From: Marsupella aquatica
Taxonomy: Eukaryota; Plantae; Marchantiophyta
DNA length: 64,000 bases
Assembly: GCA_973895155.1 (NCBI GenBank)
Contig: OZ316892.1
Location: forward strand, 15,912,940-15,976,939
Reading direction: 5' to 3'
Below, in pieces: positions 63,271-64,000 of the stretch (position 1 is the first letter of the stretch; the number at the start of each line of letters is the position of its first letter). The position numbers and the translations under genes were made by a program. The notes under the pieces are model-generated. The model searched no databases, was not told where the DNA came from, and saw nothing but the letters and a program-made list of their open reading frames with translations.

Positions 63271-64000
63271 CATTCTGAGCTTGGGGCGAAATTTCACTTC
63301 GAGTTGGAAGGGCAATCGGCTGCGGTTTAAGCTCAGACTTTGCCAGAGCATTGGAAACAACGAGAATGTATCACTGGCAAAGTTAGAGCTGCAACCGACA
63401 TCGTTTGGTATGCACTTTAGCATGCGCGATCTGCTACGTCTCCAGTTTCGCGATTCTGAGCTTGGGGCAAAATTTCACTTCGAGTTGGAAGGGCAATCGG
63501 CTGCGGTTTAAGCTCAGACTTTGCCACAGCATTGGAAACAGCGAGAATGTATCACTGGAAAAGTTAGAGCTGCAACCGACATCGTTTGGTATGCACTTTA
63601 GCATGCGCAATTTGCTACGTCTCTAGTTTCGCGATTCTGAGCTCGGGGTGAAATTTCACTTCGAGTTGGAAGGGCAATCGGCTGCGATTTGAGCTCAGAT
63701 TTTGCCAGAGCATTGGAAACAGCAAGAATGTATCACTGGCAAAGTTAGAGCTGCAACCGACATTGTTTGATATGCACTTTAGCATGCACGATCTGTTACG
63801 TCTCCAGTTTCGCAATTCTGAGCTTGGGGCAAAATTTCACTTCGAGTTGGAAGGGAAATTGGCTACAGTTTAAGCTCAGACTTTGCCAGAGCATTGGAAA
63901 CAGCGAGAATGTATCACTGGCAAAGTTAGAGCTGCAACCGACATCGTTTGGTATGCACTTTAGCATGCACGATCTGCTACGTGTCCAGTTTCGGGATTCT
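63271..64000. repeat. 181-bp tandem satellite array, reverse orientation relative to 351-1123; runs off the window
   Basis: GCAACCGACAT recurs at 63391, 63572, 63753 and 63934; reverse complement of the left array. Confidence 0.97.

Overview
Eukaryotic land-plant DNA, most likely a bryophyte or liverwort (inferred from the TE families and the spliced host gene). It is a heavily nested transposon graveyard with one intact host gene, a 5-exon NIGT1/HRS1/HHO-family GARP Myb transcription factor (39991-42697), preceded by a P1BS-rich promoter. Both window ends carry the same 181-bp satellite in opposite orientations, with RTE/RTEX-like LINE sequence abutting the left array and about 1.7 kb from the right array. 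The most striking item is a Mutator-like DNA transposon present as two diverged copies plus one mini-derivative. It encodes a GCM/WRKY-like zinc finger-DDE-SWIM transposase head-to-head with a spliced gene carrying a ParB/Srx-like motif (FDGNHR) and a prokaryote-style beta-class N4C/N6A methyltransferase domain. Its introns and flanks carry about 20 copies of a 15-bp palindrome, TAGCGC-NNN-GCGCTA. A Ty3/gypsy family in the window carries a C5 cytosine methyltransferase upstream of RT and a PHD finger after integrase. Also present: an L1 split by a 15.8-kb nested insertion, a 3.5-kb inversion, CACTA remnants and MITEs. All assignments come from reading motifs by eye; no searches were run.
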